A stretch of DNA of 64,000 bases from NCBI GenBank assembly GCA_963643345.1, contig CAVIJK010000004.1, positions 310 to 64,309 of the forward strand, read 5' to 3'. The notes under the pieces were generated by a model. The model saw only the letters and a program-made list of their open reading frames with translations, was not told where the DNA came from and did no database searches. This document shows, piece after piece, positions 39,436-49,104 of this stretch. The position numbers and the translations under genes are program-made. Numbering within the stretch: the first letter of the stretch is position 1; each line of letters begins with the position of its first letter. Source of the stretch: a bacterium (GTDB lineage Bacteria; Bacillota_I; Bacilli_A; RFN20; CAG-826).

Positions 39436-39791
39436 GATTAGTTGATGAATTAGAACAAAGATAAATTGTGGCGAAGAAGAGCGTTATAACTACACAATAT
39501 CGGATGCCGGATTTGTTATAGATGAAATCGCCTAGAATATTTCACTGCCTACATGGACATTAACATTGGAAAAATTACTCACTAGTATTAATTCAAAAAA
39601 TTAATTCTAAACGCATGGACTTAAATTTTGTTTTCAGCGCAAACAAGGTTTTTCCTTAGTAAAAATAGCTATTGCCCATGAATATAAAGGAAAAGAATGA
39701 GACTATATGTTACGAATGAAATCGCAAAATTGTCGTTGTTGTTACCTTTTACAAGTTTAGGATAAACATATCAAATTTTGGAGGAAAATAG

Positions 39792-40445
39792 ATGAAAATA
39801 TTCGTTGATACAGCAATTACAGAGGAAATTCGCGAAGCATCAAAATTTGGAATTATTTCAGGGGTTACTACAAACCCATCATTGATGGCAAAAAGCGGAA
39901 GAACCTTAGAGGATGTCATAACCGAGATAATATCAATAGTTGATGGGCCAATCTCTGCAGAAGTCCAGGAAGCCGATGAAGAATCTATGTACAAACAGGC
40001 ACACGAAATTGTCGCAATGACAAACTTCTGCCCAAACATCACAATCAAGCTCCCTATGACGCCAGATGGAATCGCAACATGCAAAAGATTATCTAAAGAA
40101 GGAATTAAGACGAACGTCACATTGGTGTTCTCCGTTTCACAGGCCGTTTTAGCAATGGAAGCAGGAGCAACATTCATCTCGCCGTTCATGGGAAGAATGG
40201 ACGATAAATATGACGATACAGAATCAGGATACAAACTAATTAAGAAGATTAAACAGGTTAAGGATAACTTTGGATATCAATCTCAGATTATCGCAGCCTC
40301 TATCCGACACACAACACATGTTGAACAAGCAGCTTTAGCGGGCGCCGATATCGCAACCATCCCATTTAAAGTAATCAAGCAAATGTATAACCATGAATTA
40401 ACAACAGCCGGCTTACAAATCTTTAGGGATGCAGCAAAGAAATAA
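39792..40445 (+). CDS. Fructose-6-phosphate aldolase / small transaldolase (TalC/FsaA family)
   Basis: 217 aa. MKIFVDTA...GVTTNPSL and Schiff-base Lys context ITIKLP. SD GGAGG upstream. Confidence 0.9.
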   Translation: MKIFVDTAITEEIREASKFGIISGVTTNPSLMAKSGRTLEDVITEIISIVDGPISAEVQEADEESMYKQAHEIVAMTNFCPNITIKLPMTPDGIATCKRLSKEGIKTNVTLVFSVSQAVLAMEAGATFISPFMGRMDDKYDDTESGYKLIKKIKQVKDNFGYQSQIIAASIRHTTHVEQAALAGADIATIPFKVIKQMYNHELTTAGLQIFRDAAKK

Positions 40446-40488
40446 ATCAAATTCAAGGCAGAAACCCATTGTTACAGAATTACATAAA

Positions 40489-40522
40489 AGAAAAAATGCT
40501 CTCGGAAATGAGAGCATTTTTG
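40489..40522. terminator. Bidirectional terminator
   Basis: A6, then AATGCTCTC (40495-40503) pairing with GAGAGCATT (40510-40518), then T-run. Confidence 0.8.
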
Positions 40523-40536
40523 ATTAATCTCTAGCC

Positions 40537-41163
40537 TTATTCAGCCTTAGTTTCTTTCTCAACAACGACAACTGTAGTTGGGATGTTGACAAATGTTCCT
40601 AAAACCATGAAAACGCCGTAGATGGTGACTAAGATACCAAAGATGATGAGCTGAGCACCGCCGCTGATAACATCAGCTAAGCATAATGCGCCAAGAACGA
40701 TAGCAGCTGCTGCAATGACGTATCCAACGATAACGGATGCCAAAGCGTGCTTGATGTTCTTTTCCATGATAGCAGACACCAATTTGAATGTTGCGTCGAT
40801 GAATAAGATTCCGCCGATAACGACCAAGACATATGGGACAAAGCCAAGTAAGAGTTGGATTAATCCGAATGCTGTTTTCTCAACAACGAACCAAACGCCG
40901 ATGGCCATAGCAATGCCAGCAACGCCAACACCTGAAGCGAATCCTTTCTTTGCAAAGATTGATCCAACTAAGGCTAAGATAACACCTAACGATCCAACAA
41001 CGATGAATGCAATACCCAAAGTGATGGACATAGCGTTAACCGTGTCAACTGCGCTTGAGCTAGCGTTAGAGAACTGAGCGCCCGCAACGATGCAAAGAAT
41101 ACCGATTACCATGACAATGGCAGCTGTAATCCATGTACCAATTGATTTTTTAATAAATTCCAT
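40537..41163 (-). CDS. Polytopic membrane protein with repeated Gly/Ile/Val-rich helices (HdeD/DUF308-like by composition)
   Basis: 208 aa with ~6 predicted TM helices and an SD AGGAG upstream. Family assignment is tentative. Confidence 0.65.
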   Translation of the reverse strand: MEFIKKSIGTWITAAIVMVIGILCIVAGAQFSNASSSAVDTVNAMSITLGIAFIVVGSLGVILALVGSIFAKKGFASGVGVAGIAMAIGVWFVVEKTAFGLIQLLLGFVPYVLVVIGGILFIDATFKLVSAIMEKNIKHALASVIVGYVIAAAAIVLGALCLADVISGGAQLIIFGILVTIYGVFMVLGTFVNIPTTVVVVEKETKAE

Positions 41164-41245
41164 TTAAATAAATCTCCTTTCCGGCGATAGATTATAGTAC
41201 TTTTATTTAAAAAATGGGATGAATATTTGACATTTTTAATCAACT

Positions 41246-41272
41246 ATAAAAAGGCCCCGATAAACCGAGGCC
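41246..41272 (-). terminator. Terminator after the UDP-sugar pyrophosphorylase gene
   Basis: On the minus strand, GGCCTCGG-TTTAT-CGGGGCC followed by TTTTTA. Confidence 0.6.
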
Positions 41273-41287
41273 AAATTTATATTTGAA

Positions 41288-42508
41288 TTAGAGTTCAACT
41301 CCATTAAGTTTGAGCAGTTCACGCGCGGAATCAACAGAATCAACACCGTGAAGATTTTTGATTGGAGCGAATTCCTTTTGTCTATCAACTTCAAACGATA
41401 AACAGGTGTTAAGAAGCTTAATCATATCAAGAACCAACATTTCGTACTTGTAAGCGTTTGGCTCGGTTGGATTGACCAACTCACCCTTCTCGTTAACGTA
41501 TGCGGCTTTTTTGAATGCCTTGTGAAGAGGGAAGGCAGCGTCGACAATCTTAACAAGTTCCGTAACCTTGAAAAGATAGTTAAGAATGACACCGAAATTA
41601 TAAAGATACTCGCCATTTCCATCTTTAGCGTTTCTCAACTCATCGGTTAATTCATAGTACTCGGTAATTGATGGATGACCGTGATCATAGCAGATAACAC
41701 CAACTTTCTCATCTGGGTTAACTTTTCTAATTACTTTAGCGCCACAGTCACAACCCCTTCTCATTGTGGCACCAACGAATACAGGATCGGCGATTTGTTG
41801 CAAGACGTTATCTACCGCATAAACATTAATGTATTCAATGTGTTCTCTCTCGATAATGCTATAAAGCCCGGCATTGCATAAAGATGTAAACCAACCGCCG
41901 TTTCCGTTTGGAGAACAAGCGATTGTGTGTTTCCCTTCAAGCAAAACTTTGCCGTCATTCCCGACGATTGGTGCCATATCCTGGATGAAGAAATGGACAT
42001 ATTCACCTTTATAGCCAAAGTAGTTCTTTTCTTTAAAGAATGCTCTTGTCTTTGCATCATTCTTTGGAGATGTCATTATGAATAGATGGATATAATTCCC
42101 ACATTCGTTGACTCTCCTTAGGAGTGTCTTCATCTGACACTCAAAAATATATACATCGCGAGTTAAGCCGACATTATACATGCCTTTTGGATTGTCGGAA
42201 CCAAGTCTAGTGCCCATGCCACCAGCAAGAAGGAGCATAGCAACTTTGCCTTCTTTTAGAGCTTTGAGTCCAGCCTCTTTGTCCTCTTCCTCTTCTTTAG
42301 CGATTTCATCTAACGTCAAAGTTTTCATAGGAGACACGTCAGGCTCATTGTGTTCTTCTGACGCCGCCTTCTCTAAAACCGAGAAATCCGTCGATTCAAC
42401 CTGAGCGAGAAGGTCTTTCTTGTCTTCCTCGCTTAATTCATCGTAAAAACGGAGAAGTTGGGTTTGGCCATATTTCTCGAGTTTTGCTTTTGCCTCGTTG
42501 TAATTCAT
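41288..42508 (-). CDS. UDPGP type 1 family protein (eukaryotic-type UDP-N-acetylglucosamine / UDP-sugar pyrophosphorylase)
   Basis: 406 aa. Nucleotide-binding loop LLLAGGMGTRLGSDNPKGM and UAP1-like sequence downstream. Confidence 0.85.
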   Translation of the reverse strand: MNYNEAKAKLEKYGQTQLLRFYDELSEEDKKDLLAQVESTDFSVLEKAASEEHNEPDVSPMKTLTLDEIAKEEEEDKEAGLKALKEGKVAMLLLAGGMGTRLGSDNPKGMYNVGLTRDVYIFECQMKTLLRRVNECGNYIHLFIMTSPKNDAKTRAFFKEKNYFGYKGEYVHFFIQDMAPIVGNDGKVLLEGKHTIACSPNGNGGWFTSLCNAGLYSIIEREHIEYINVYAVDNVLQQIADPVFVGATMRRGCDCGAKVIRKVNPDEKVGVICYDHGHPSITEYYELTDELRNAKDGNGEYLYNFGVILNYLFKVTELVKIVDAAFPLHKAFKKAAYVNEKGELVNPTEPNAYKYEMLVLDMIKLLNTCLSFEVDRQKEFAPIKNLHGVDSVDSARELLKLNGVEL

Positions 42509-42852
42509 GATAATACCTAATCCTTTCTAAATTAATCCTGAAAAAGTATCTTCTTTATAATAAACATTCTTGCAAGGAATGAAAAAGAATAATGTCCAAT
42601 AAGACATAAAATAGTCCGGTTTGTTAAGATCGGATTGAAATTTATGAACGAGGAAAAAGAACGAACACAACATCATGGCAATGTTTGCTATCAGAAAAAA
42701 CAAGCCAAAATGTCTATAAAAACATATTGGGAGGATATTCTACTGCCAAGTCCAAGTGTCGAAAAACAAGGTACTCCCTTAGTTAAACTAATCGAGGCAT
42801 GCCCAATCATCAAAATTATTAGATAGATTGGCAAGTGGGATATCGGCAAAAA

Positions 42853-43389
42853 TTATTCGGGCTGACAGCCTAAAATACGTGGCAGCCATTTAAATGTTGC
42901 TAAATATAGAGGAACGCCAACGCAATAAACTGCCAAAGCCTCACCTCCGGCAACGATGCCAAATTCAACCCAATATGATGCCCAGCTTAATTCATCAGTT
43001 AAATTAAGAATCAAAACAATAGGCACTAATGCGGCGTTCAATAATACAAGGCCAACGCCAAATATGATTAATTTAAGTGGCTTATTCTTAATGAATCTAC
43101 CGACAAAATAGATAAATCCGCAGCCGATCAGAGTAGCGGCCGTGCCAATTGTGGCATCAAGAATGCCAAAGCCAAAAAACAAGTTATAAAAGAAACATCC
43201 GATGCTTGCTCCAAAAATAACTTCCGGCACAAATAGTGCAAATACGCAGAAACCTTCTGCAAGTCTGACATTCGCCATATAGCCTGAGGCTAGGTTCCCC
43301 TCTACGAGACACAGCACAAAATATAGTGCTGCAATCATCGCTGAGAATGTCATTTTTTTGATGAGGGAACGTTGGTTTGTTTTTTCCAT
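42853..43389 (-). CDS. queT: QueT-family queuosine-precursor transporter
   Basis: ~178 aa with 5-6 TM helices and a QueT-like sequence (FSAMIAALYFVL...VRLAEG...). ATG 43389 follows AAGGAG. A preQ1-riboswitch-like element lies in the leader. Confidence 0.7.
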   Translation of the reverse strand: MEKTNQRSLIKKMTFSAMIAALYFVLCLVEGNLASGYMANVRLAEGFCVFALFVPEVIFGASIGCFFYNLFFGFGILDATIGTAATLIGCGFIYFVGRFIKNKPLKLIIFGVGLVLLNAALVPIVLILNLTDELSWASYWVEFGIVAGGEALAVYCVGVPLYLATFKWLPRILGCQPE

Positions 43390-43449
43390 AAAAGAAAACT
43401 CCTTGTTCGCCACCGCCAAAACAAAGAGCATAAAATCAGTTTAATTTTA

Positions 43450-43495
43450 GTGTCCTAGTTTTGTTTAAAGGAAGGATGGTTCATGAACTCCCTGG
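43450..43495 (-). promoter_or_regulatory. Candidate preQ1-I riboswitch
   Basis: The minus strand reads GGGAG-UUCAUGAACCAUC-CUUCC-UUUAAACAAAACUAGGA. That is a 5-bp P1 plus an A-rich tail ending in CUAGG, closely parallel to the B. subtilis queC aptamer (AGAGG-UUCUAGCUACAC-CCUCU-AUAAAAAACUAAGG). Downstream, CUUUGUU...AACAAGG could sequester the SD. Confidence 0.5.
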
Positions 43496-43584
43496 TCGAA
43501 AGACCGCATATAATGTAAAGGTTAGTCGAAAAAGCTGCAAGAATTTTATAACAATTGAGGCCAATTTACTTATTAAATCCGACT

Positions 43585-44562
43585 TTAACGAAGCATATCG
43601 TTATAAACCGGGGTGTAGAGAAGTTCCTTAATCTTCTCTTTCTCATTTGTTACTCCCCTTATCCACATGAGTTTTGATACAAGTGATTCGATTGTCATGT
43701 CGTAGGATTCCAGTAAATCGTATTTTTCTTTTATTGTTTTGCCAACCTGATAGACAGATAAGTCGGAGCCTTCATATTGCACTTGAGTGGTAACCACAAC
43801 CGTCTTGTCCTTAAAAGTTGGGAATTCATCTTCTAGATAGACTGGCAAACCGCCAACACCAAAACCCTCAATGATTACTGCATCGTAATTTTTTAAAGCA
43901 AAATATAATTCTTTGTGATTGAATCCGGGAATGAGTTTAACAACAGTGACATTTGTGTCAAAATCCAGGTAGAACCTTACTTCATCATCCTTGTAATCTC
44001 TATTGATATACTGGATGACCTTCTTATCGATTATCCTGGCTATTTCCGGATAATTCACCGATGTAAAAGCATTGTATGATTTGCTTCTAACCTTTTTCGC
44101 CCTGGTGCCAATGATGACCTTATTGTCGAAAACAATCGTAACGCCATATGCACCTTCATATGAAGCATAAATAAAGGCGTTGGTGAGATTGCTTCTCGCA
44201 TCATTATCTCTCATATAAATCGATTTCTGAGATCCAGTGAAAACGATTGGCTTTTTGGAATTCTGAATCATATAAGAAATAGCGGAAGCAGCGTAAGCCA
44301 TCGTATCTGTTCCGTGGGTAATGACAAATCCATCATATTCAGCATATTTCTCTTTAATTACCCCTGCGAGCTTCGTCCACTCATGATAAGTCATGTTTGT
44401 GCTATCTAAATTGAACAATTGAACACACTCAATCGTGCATATATCACTTAAATCATCCAAATACGACAAAAGCTCATCACCGTCAAGTTCTGGAGCAAGT
44501 CCGTTCTCTTGCACTTTGCAGGCAATCGTTCCGCCTGTTGCGATCAATAAAATCTTTTTCAT
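43585..44562 (-). CDS. ansA: L-asparaginase, type I (cytoplasmic)
   Basis: 325 aa. Active-site ATGGTIA at the N-terminus and HGTDTM. Confidence 0.9.
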   Translation of the reverse strand: MKKILLIATGGTIACKVQENGLAPELDGDELLSYLDDLSDICTIECVQLFNLDSTNMTYHEWTKLAGVIKEKYAEYDGFVITHGTDTMAYAASAISYMIQNSKKPIVFTGSQKSIYMRDNDARSNLTNAFIYASYEGAYGVTIVFDNKVIIGTRAKKVRSKSYNAFTSVNYPEIARIIDKKVIQYINRDYKDDEVRFYLDFDTNVTVVKLIPGFNHKELYFALKNYDAVIIEGFGVGGLPVYLEDEFPTFKDKTVVVTTQVQYEGSDLSVYQVGKTIKEKYDLLESYDMTIESLVSKLMWIRGVTNEKEKIKELLYTPVYNDMLR

Positions 44563-44808
44563 GCGTATGTTTTAAACAACCGCAAAAGATTAGGCAAGTA
44601 AAACGTATCCCATCACATAATTTTGCATTCATTTTAGTAAGTTATTTATGGCTAATCGGTAAATCGGTATAAGATTACCACTTTTGAATGATTGAAAGAA
44701 ACTTAGACGTTATCGAATATTTTTGTTTTACGCCTTTCGTTGTATACATTTATGCACTATGTGGAAACGCTTGCAGGTGCAATAATTTACATAAATAAGA
44801 GGCACTAT

Positions 44809-46110
44809 ATGATTGCAAAAACCACACAAATAGGTGGCGTAGACAATTTGCTTTCGAAACGTCCAGCCATACCGGCCCCAATACCAGACGCCGTCTTTAT
44901 TGCGGTCGAGAACGCCAGATGTCCAAAGGCAGATATCTATGTCAAAGAAGGTGACCACGTTAACCTTTGCCAAGTCATCGGTATGAGACATGGTCCTTTC
45001 TTCGACCAGCCAATCCACTCAACAGTCAGTGGCACAATGGTCAAAATCGAAAAGCATTATCACCGCTGCGGTAAACTCGTCAACTTCATGAAGATTGAAA
45101 ATGACCACCTTGATACGCTTGATTCATCGGTCAAAGATAGAACTCCAGAAGAGGTCGCTGCCTTAACCAAAGACGAAATGATCGAAATCATCAAGAACTG
45201 CGCTTGCGTGGGTTTAGGAGGCTCAGGGTTCCCGACCTACATCAAATTGCAGACAAAAGAAAAAATTAATCACATTTTAATCAACGGCATCGAGTGCGAA
45301 CCATATCTCGATACCGATCAAAGATTCATGCTCGACAAAACAAAAGAAATCTTTGGCGGAATGAAAATTCTTATGCAAATGTTTGATTGCAACGATGCAA
45401 GAATCTGCGTCAAGAATATCCACCCGGATATCATCAAACATTTAAATGAGATGATTGAAAAGTATTATCCAAATCAAGGGTTATCGGTTTCACCTATGAA
45501 GAACTTCTACCCGCAGGGATGGGAAGTCGCAATGGTCAAAACGGCTCTTGGCATAAAGATGGCCCCAGGAAAAATCCCTCCGGCATACGGAGTTATGAAC
45601 GTCAATGTCACCACCTGCGCATCTCTATATGATGCAATTTGGCATAACAGGCCAATCATCGAAAGATATATGTCAGTTAATGGAGACGGGATCAACGCCC
45701 CAAGCAACTTCGTCGTACGCATTGGTACCCCAGTCATCAATCTAGTTCATGCGGCAGGCGGGTATAAAGGAGACGAGAATAAGGTTCTTATCTTCGGGGG
45801 ACCTATGATGGGCGCGGCGCTTCCAAACGAAGACTGTATCGCAACCAAGACCGTCACGTCTCTCATCGTTATGAACGAGAGCAAAAAGCCAGAGGCTCCA
45901 TGCATTCATTGCGGATCGTGTGTTTTATCTTGTCCACAGGGACTTCAGCCGGTCCTGATTATGGAGGCAGTTAAGAGTGTGAACCGAGAGCGAATCAAGA
46001 TGCTCAATCCTCTCAATTGCATGGAATGCGGACTTTGCACATACAGCTGCACATCTGGCATCCGTGTCACCGATTTTGTAAGGAGGGCAAAGCTTTTGGC
46101 AAAGCTATAA
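44809..46110 (+). CDS. rnfC: Rnf electron-transport complex subunit C
   Basis: NADH/FMN-binding GLGGSGFPT, two 4Fe-4S motifs CIHCGSCVLSCP and CMECGLCTYSC. ATG 44809 follows AAGAGG; the ORF-track start 44740 has no SD. Confidence 0.93.
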   Translation: MIAKTTQIGGVDNLLSKRPAIPAPIPDAVFIAVENARCPKADIYVKEGDHVNLCQVIGMRHGPFFDQPIHSTVSGTMVKIEKHYHRCGKLVNFMKIENDHLDTLDSSVKDRTPEEVAALTKDEMIEIIKNCACVGLGGSGFPTYIKLQTKEKINHILINGIECEPYLDTDQRFMLDKTKEIFGGMKILMQMFDCNDARICVKNIHPDIIKHLNEMIEKYYPNQGLSVSPMKNFYPQGWEVAMVKTALGIKMAPGKIPPAYGVMNVNVTTCASLYDAIWHNRPIIERYMSVNGDGINAPSNFVVRIGTPVINLVHAAGGYKGDENKVLIFGGPMMGAALPNEDCIATKTVTSLIVMNESKKPEAPCIHCGSCVLSCPQGLQPVLIMEAVKSVNRERIKMLNPLNCMECGLCTYSCTSGIRVTDFVRRAKLLAKL

Positions 46111-46114
46111 AACT

Positions 46115-47167
46115 ATGCAATTTGTTAAAGAAACATCTCCACACATCAAACGCAAAGACTCCTTAATGATGATGCTCCTCAATGTGATAATCGCCTTGAT
46201 GCCTGTTGTGATATGGGCATTCGTGGCTTATCCATTATCTTGTTTACGCATCATCCCATTATCGCTAGTTACCTGCCTTTTGTGTGAATTTTTATTCGTT
46301 ATCATCACAAAGAAGGATCCAAAAGCCTTCAAGATCGAAAATATCCTATCATCAATTATTACCGCATTAATCTATGCGTTATGTTTGCCAACAGACCTAG
46401 GATTTGCATCGGGTACCGGATATTTCGTGGTAATTGCAGGCGCTGCAATAGGTATCGTTTTAGGTAAGTTAGTATTCGGAGGTCTAGGCAACAACATCTT
46501 CAATCCAGCAGCCTTAGGTATGATCGTTGTAAGACTCTTCTGGGGCGGCATATCAGGGGTAACAAAAGATTCCTCGATCTTTATTGATTCATCAATCACA
46601 ACGGGCGCAACAGCTTTAGCCTTTGACGATATCACAAATGTGAATCTCCTTGATTTGTTCCTTGGAAAAATCCCTGGCGCGCTAGGCGAAACTTTTCACA
46701 TCGCGATCATCATTGGACTCATCTATTTATTGATTACTAAGACAATCGATTGGAGAGTCTTAGTCTCCTACCTTGGCACATTCTTGGCCTTAACATTCAT
46801 CGCTGGACTTATCTATCAACTAAAAGGCGGTGCTAATTGTGTATATTATACGATTTATCAGTTAATGTCCGGCGGCGTTTTATTCGGAGCCGTTTATATG
46901 ATAACCGATCCTGTTACCGGTCCGGTTGGAAATCCAGCCAGAGTGTTATTCGGCGCATTTGCAGGTGTCATGACGGTCGTTATTCGTTTATTTGCCGGAA
47001 CAGAAGGCGTTGGGTTCTCAATCTTGTTCGCCAACATGATTGCTCCGGTTCTCAACTACCCACAATGGTCATCATCAAAATGGAAAAAGTGGCATTTCAT
47101 CACAGCTGGAGTTATGGCTTCGGTTGCGCTGCTTGTGGTCATCTTGCCGCTTGCCACATCTAAATAA
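46115..47167 (+). CDS. rnfD: Rnf complex subunit D
   Basis: 350-aa polytopic NqrB/RnfD-like protein with flavinylation motif TGAT (SSITTGATALAF). Confidence 0.92.
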   Translation: MQFVKETSPHIKRKDSLMMMLLNVIIALMPVVIWAFVAYPLSCLRIIPLSLVTCLLCEFLFVIITKKDPKAFKIENILSSIITALIYALCLPTDLGFASGTGYFVVIAGAAIGIVLGKLVFGGLGNNIFNPAALGMIVVRLFWGGISGVTKDSSIFIDSSITTGATALAFDDITNVNLLDLFLGKIPGALGETFHIAIIIGLIYLLITKTIDWRVLVSYLGTFLALTFIAGLIYQLKGGANCVYYTIYQLMSGGVLFGAVYMITDPVTGPVGNPARVLFGAFAGVMTVVIRLFAGTEGVGFSILFANMIAPVLNYPQWSSSKWKKWHFITAGVMASVALLVVILPLATSK

Positions 47168-47179
47168 GGGGGCACACAA

Positions 47180-47779
47180 ATGATTAAGAATACTTATATT
47201 AAATGTGCATTAGTCCTTGGGTGCATATGTGTAGCTTCTGCTGGATTAATCGGCGGATTAAACGCATTTGCAACATATTACAAAGCAAACCACAAATCGA
47301 CTGAAACACCATCCTCAATCAAAGCGTTGAAAGACGGAGCGACATTTGTTGAAGTAACAGATACGCTTCCGAAGGCAGTTATATCGAACTCAACCAAGGT
47401 TACCTTCGAATCAATCTATGCCCTCCAAGAAGAAGGGGAAACAACCGGATACGCATATATAGTCAACTGTTCGAAAGTTAAATCAAGCGACATTGAATTG
47501 TCCGTCCTTTATGAAGGCGCGGCAACAGAAGCGACGAAGAGCGCAGTTAAGCCAAGCGCAATCAACGTTATATCCGGCGGTGATATAGGCTACGACGTAA
47601 ATGTTCTGACTCTTGCGGAAACGATTCCAAACGGCACCGCGACAATGAACGATTACGCAAACGTTGTTACTGGCGGTACACAATCTCAGAAGTTCTTCAT
47701 CGACGGACTTCAGGTCGCAAGAGACGATTACGTCGTTAGAATCAACAGCAACTCTAACGTTCAAGACGTTGTTGGATAA
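47180..47779 (+). CDS. rnfG: Rnf complex subunit G (FMN-binding)
   Basis: N-terminal TM anchor, FMN_bind-like domain, flavinylation-type motif VTGGTQS near the C-terminus, and operon position. Confidence 0.85.
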   Translation: MIKNTYIKCALVLGCICVASAGLIGGLNAFATYYKANHKSTETPSSIKALKDGATFVEVTDTLPKAVISNSTKVTFESIYALQEEGETTGYAYIVNCSKVKSSDIELSVLYEGAATEATKSAVKPSAINVISGGDIGYDVNVLTLAETIPNGTATMNDYANVVTGGTQSQKFFIDGLQVARDDYVVRINSNSNVQDVVG

Positions 47780-47791
47780 GGAGGGAAGTTT

Positions 47792-48502
47792 ATGGATCAG
47801 AAACCCAGCAAATTAAGAGTCTTGTTAGACCCTCTACTTAAAGCGAATCCGTTATTCGTGATGATACTCGGGACATGCCCCGCTATCGCTGTTACAACAT
47901 CGGTTGAAGCCGCACTCGGAATGGGTATTCTCTTTACGTTCGTCGTCTTCTGCTCAAATCTCATCATCTCGTTGTTGCGGAACATTATCCCAGATGAGGT
48001 CAGAACCCCTTGCTATATTGTTGTTATCGCGACATTCGTCACTGTAGTGAAGATTCTAACTTCAACCTTCCTCCCAGCCTTATATAGTTCGCTTGGAGTC
48101 TTCATCTCGTTGCTCGTAGTCAACTGCATTGTCTTAGGGCGAGCAGAAGCGTTCGCTAGCAAGAACACCATTGTTGACTCAATGCTCGATGGACTCGGGA
48201 ACGGCCTTGGCTATACATGGGCCATTATGGCAATCGCTTTGGTCCGTGAAGTTCTAGGAACAGGCACATTGACATTTGGAAAAGTCTTCACGTTCATTCC
48301 TAAAGTCACAATCCCGATTCTTTCTGGATATAAGGGGACAAAATTCTCAATGGCAATACCACTACTTAATTCTTCAGCCGGTGGCTTCTTAGTCCTGGGT
48401 TTGGCCTTGGCAATCATTGCCGCTGTCAATAACTACAAAAACAAGAAGGCTAAAGAAAAAGCCAGAGCAGCCAAAGCGGCTGCTAAAGGAGGCGCAAAAT
48501 AA
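47792..48502 (+). CDS. rnfE: Rnf complex subunit E
   Basis: NqrD/RnfE-like polytopic protein (NPLFVMILGTCPA). Lys/Ala-rich C-terminal tail. Confidence 0.92.
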   Translation: MDQKPSKLRVLLDPLLKANPLFVMILGTCPAIAVTTSVEAALGMGILFTFVVFCSNLIISLLRNIIPDEVRTPCYIVVIATFVTVVKILTSTFLPALYSSLGVFISLLVVNCIVLGRAEAFASKNTIVDSMLDGLGNGLGYTWAIMAIALVREVLGTGTLTFGKVFTFIPKVTIPILSGYKGTKFSMAIPLLNSSAGGFLVLGLALAIIAAVNNYKNKKAKEKARAAKAAAKGGAK

Positions 48503-49104
48503 TGCAATACATAGTTTCCTTTATACTCGCTATTGTCTCCTATATGGTAATCGACAATGTCATTCTCTCCAGATATTTTGGAATTTGTTCCTTTGTTGGT
48601 GTTGGAAATAAAGTCAAATCAGCGGTAGGAATGGGCTTAGCGGTTCTCTTTGTCATCGTGATGTCATCGCTAGTATGTTGGCCGCTCTACACCTTTATTC
48701 TTGTGCCAGCCGGAATGGAATATATGGAGACTATCGTCTTCATCCTCGTCATCGCCTCGCTTGTCCAGATGGTTGGGTTCTTTATCAAGAAGAAATCAAT
48801 CAGCTTGTACAAGACTCTCGGCATCTATTTGCCTCTAATCACCACTAATTGCGCGGTTCTAGGAGTCGTTGAAACCAACATGGCTTACGATTTTGGACGT
48901 TCAATGGCAAACGCATTGGGAACATCATTGGGTTTTGTTCTCGTCATCTTCTTATTCGCTTGCATACGTGTCAAGCTTGAAGGCTCGGATATTCCAAAAG
49001 CATTTAAAGGTGTTCCAATCGCACTAATCCTTGCTGGACTTATGGCCGTCGTCTTCATGGGACTGAGTGGTATCATCGACGTTGGTTCCTGGGGACTCAT
49101 ATAA
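48502..49104 (+). CDS. rnfA: Rnf complex subunit A
   Basis: NqrE/RnfA-like polytopic protein (LPLITTNCAVLGV). Its start overlaps the rnfE stop. Confidence 0.92.
   Translation: MQYIVSFILAIVSYMVIDNVILSRYFGICSFVGVGNKVKSAVGMGLAVLFVIVMSSLVCWPLYTFILVPAGMEYMETIVFILVIASLVQMVGFFIKKKSISLYKTLGIYLPLITTNCAVLGVVETNMAYDFGRSMANALGTSLGFVLVIFLFACIRVKLEGSDIPKAFKGVPIALILAGLMAVVFMGLSGIIDVGSWGLI

Noticed and set aside
37475-39790. Calling the ssrA-adjacent islet a defined mobile element (prophage or ICE remnant) with att sites.
   Set aside because: No integrase, recombinase or transposase is present. I could not find a direct repeat of the tmRNA 3' end at the distal boundary by eye. It is reported only as a compositionally distinct accessory islet.
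42635-42826. A 63-aa ORF in the gap between the pyrophosphorylase gene and queT.
   Set aside because: It has no SD, an unremarkable Lys-rich sequence, and no motif or neighbouring context supporting expression.
44654-44669. A shared regulatory motif AATCGGTA. It occurs as a tandem copy upstream of rnfC (44654-44669) and once in the centre of the fucO inverted repeat (12572-12579), suggesting a common redox regulator site.
   Set aside because: The same 8-mer also occurs inside the pgcA coding region (~32566). About 2-3 chance occurrences are expected in 64 kb on both strands, so the sharing is not statistically convincing without a genome-wide test.
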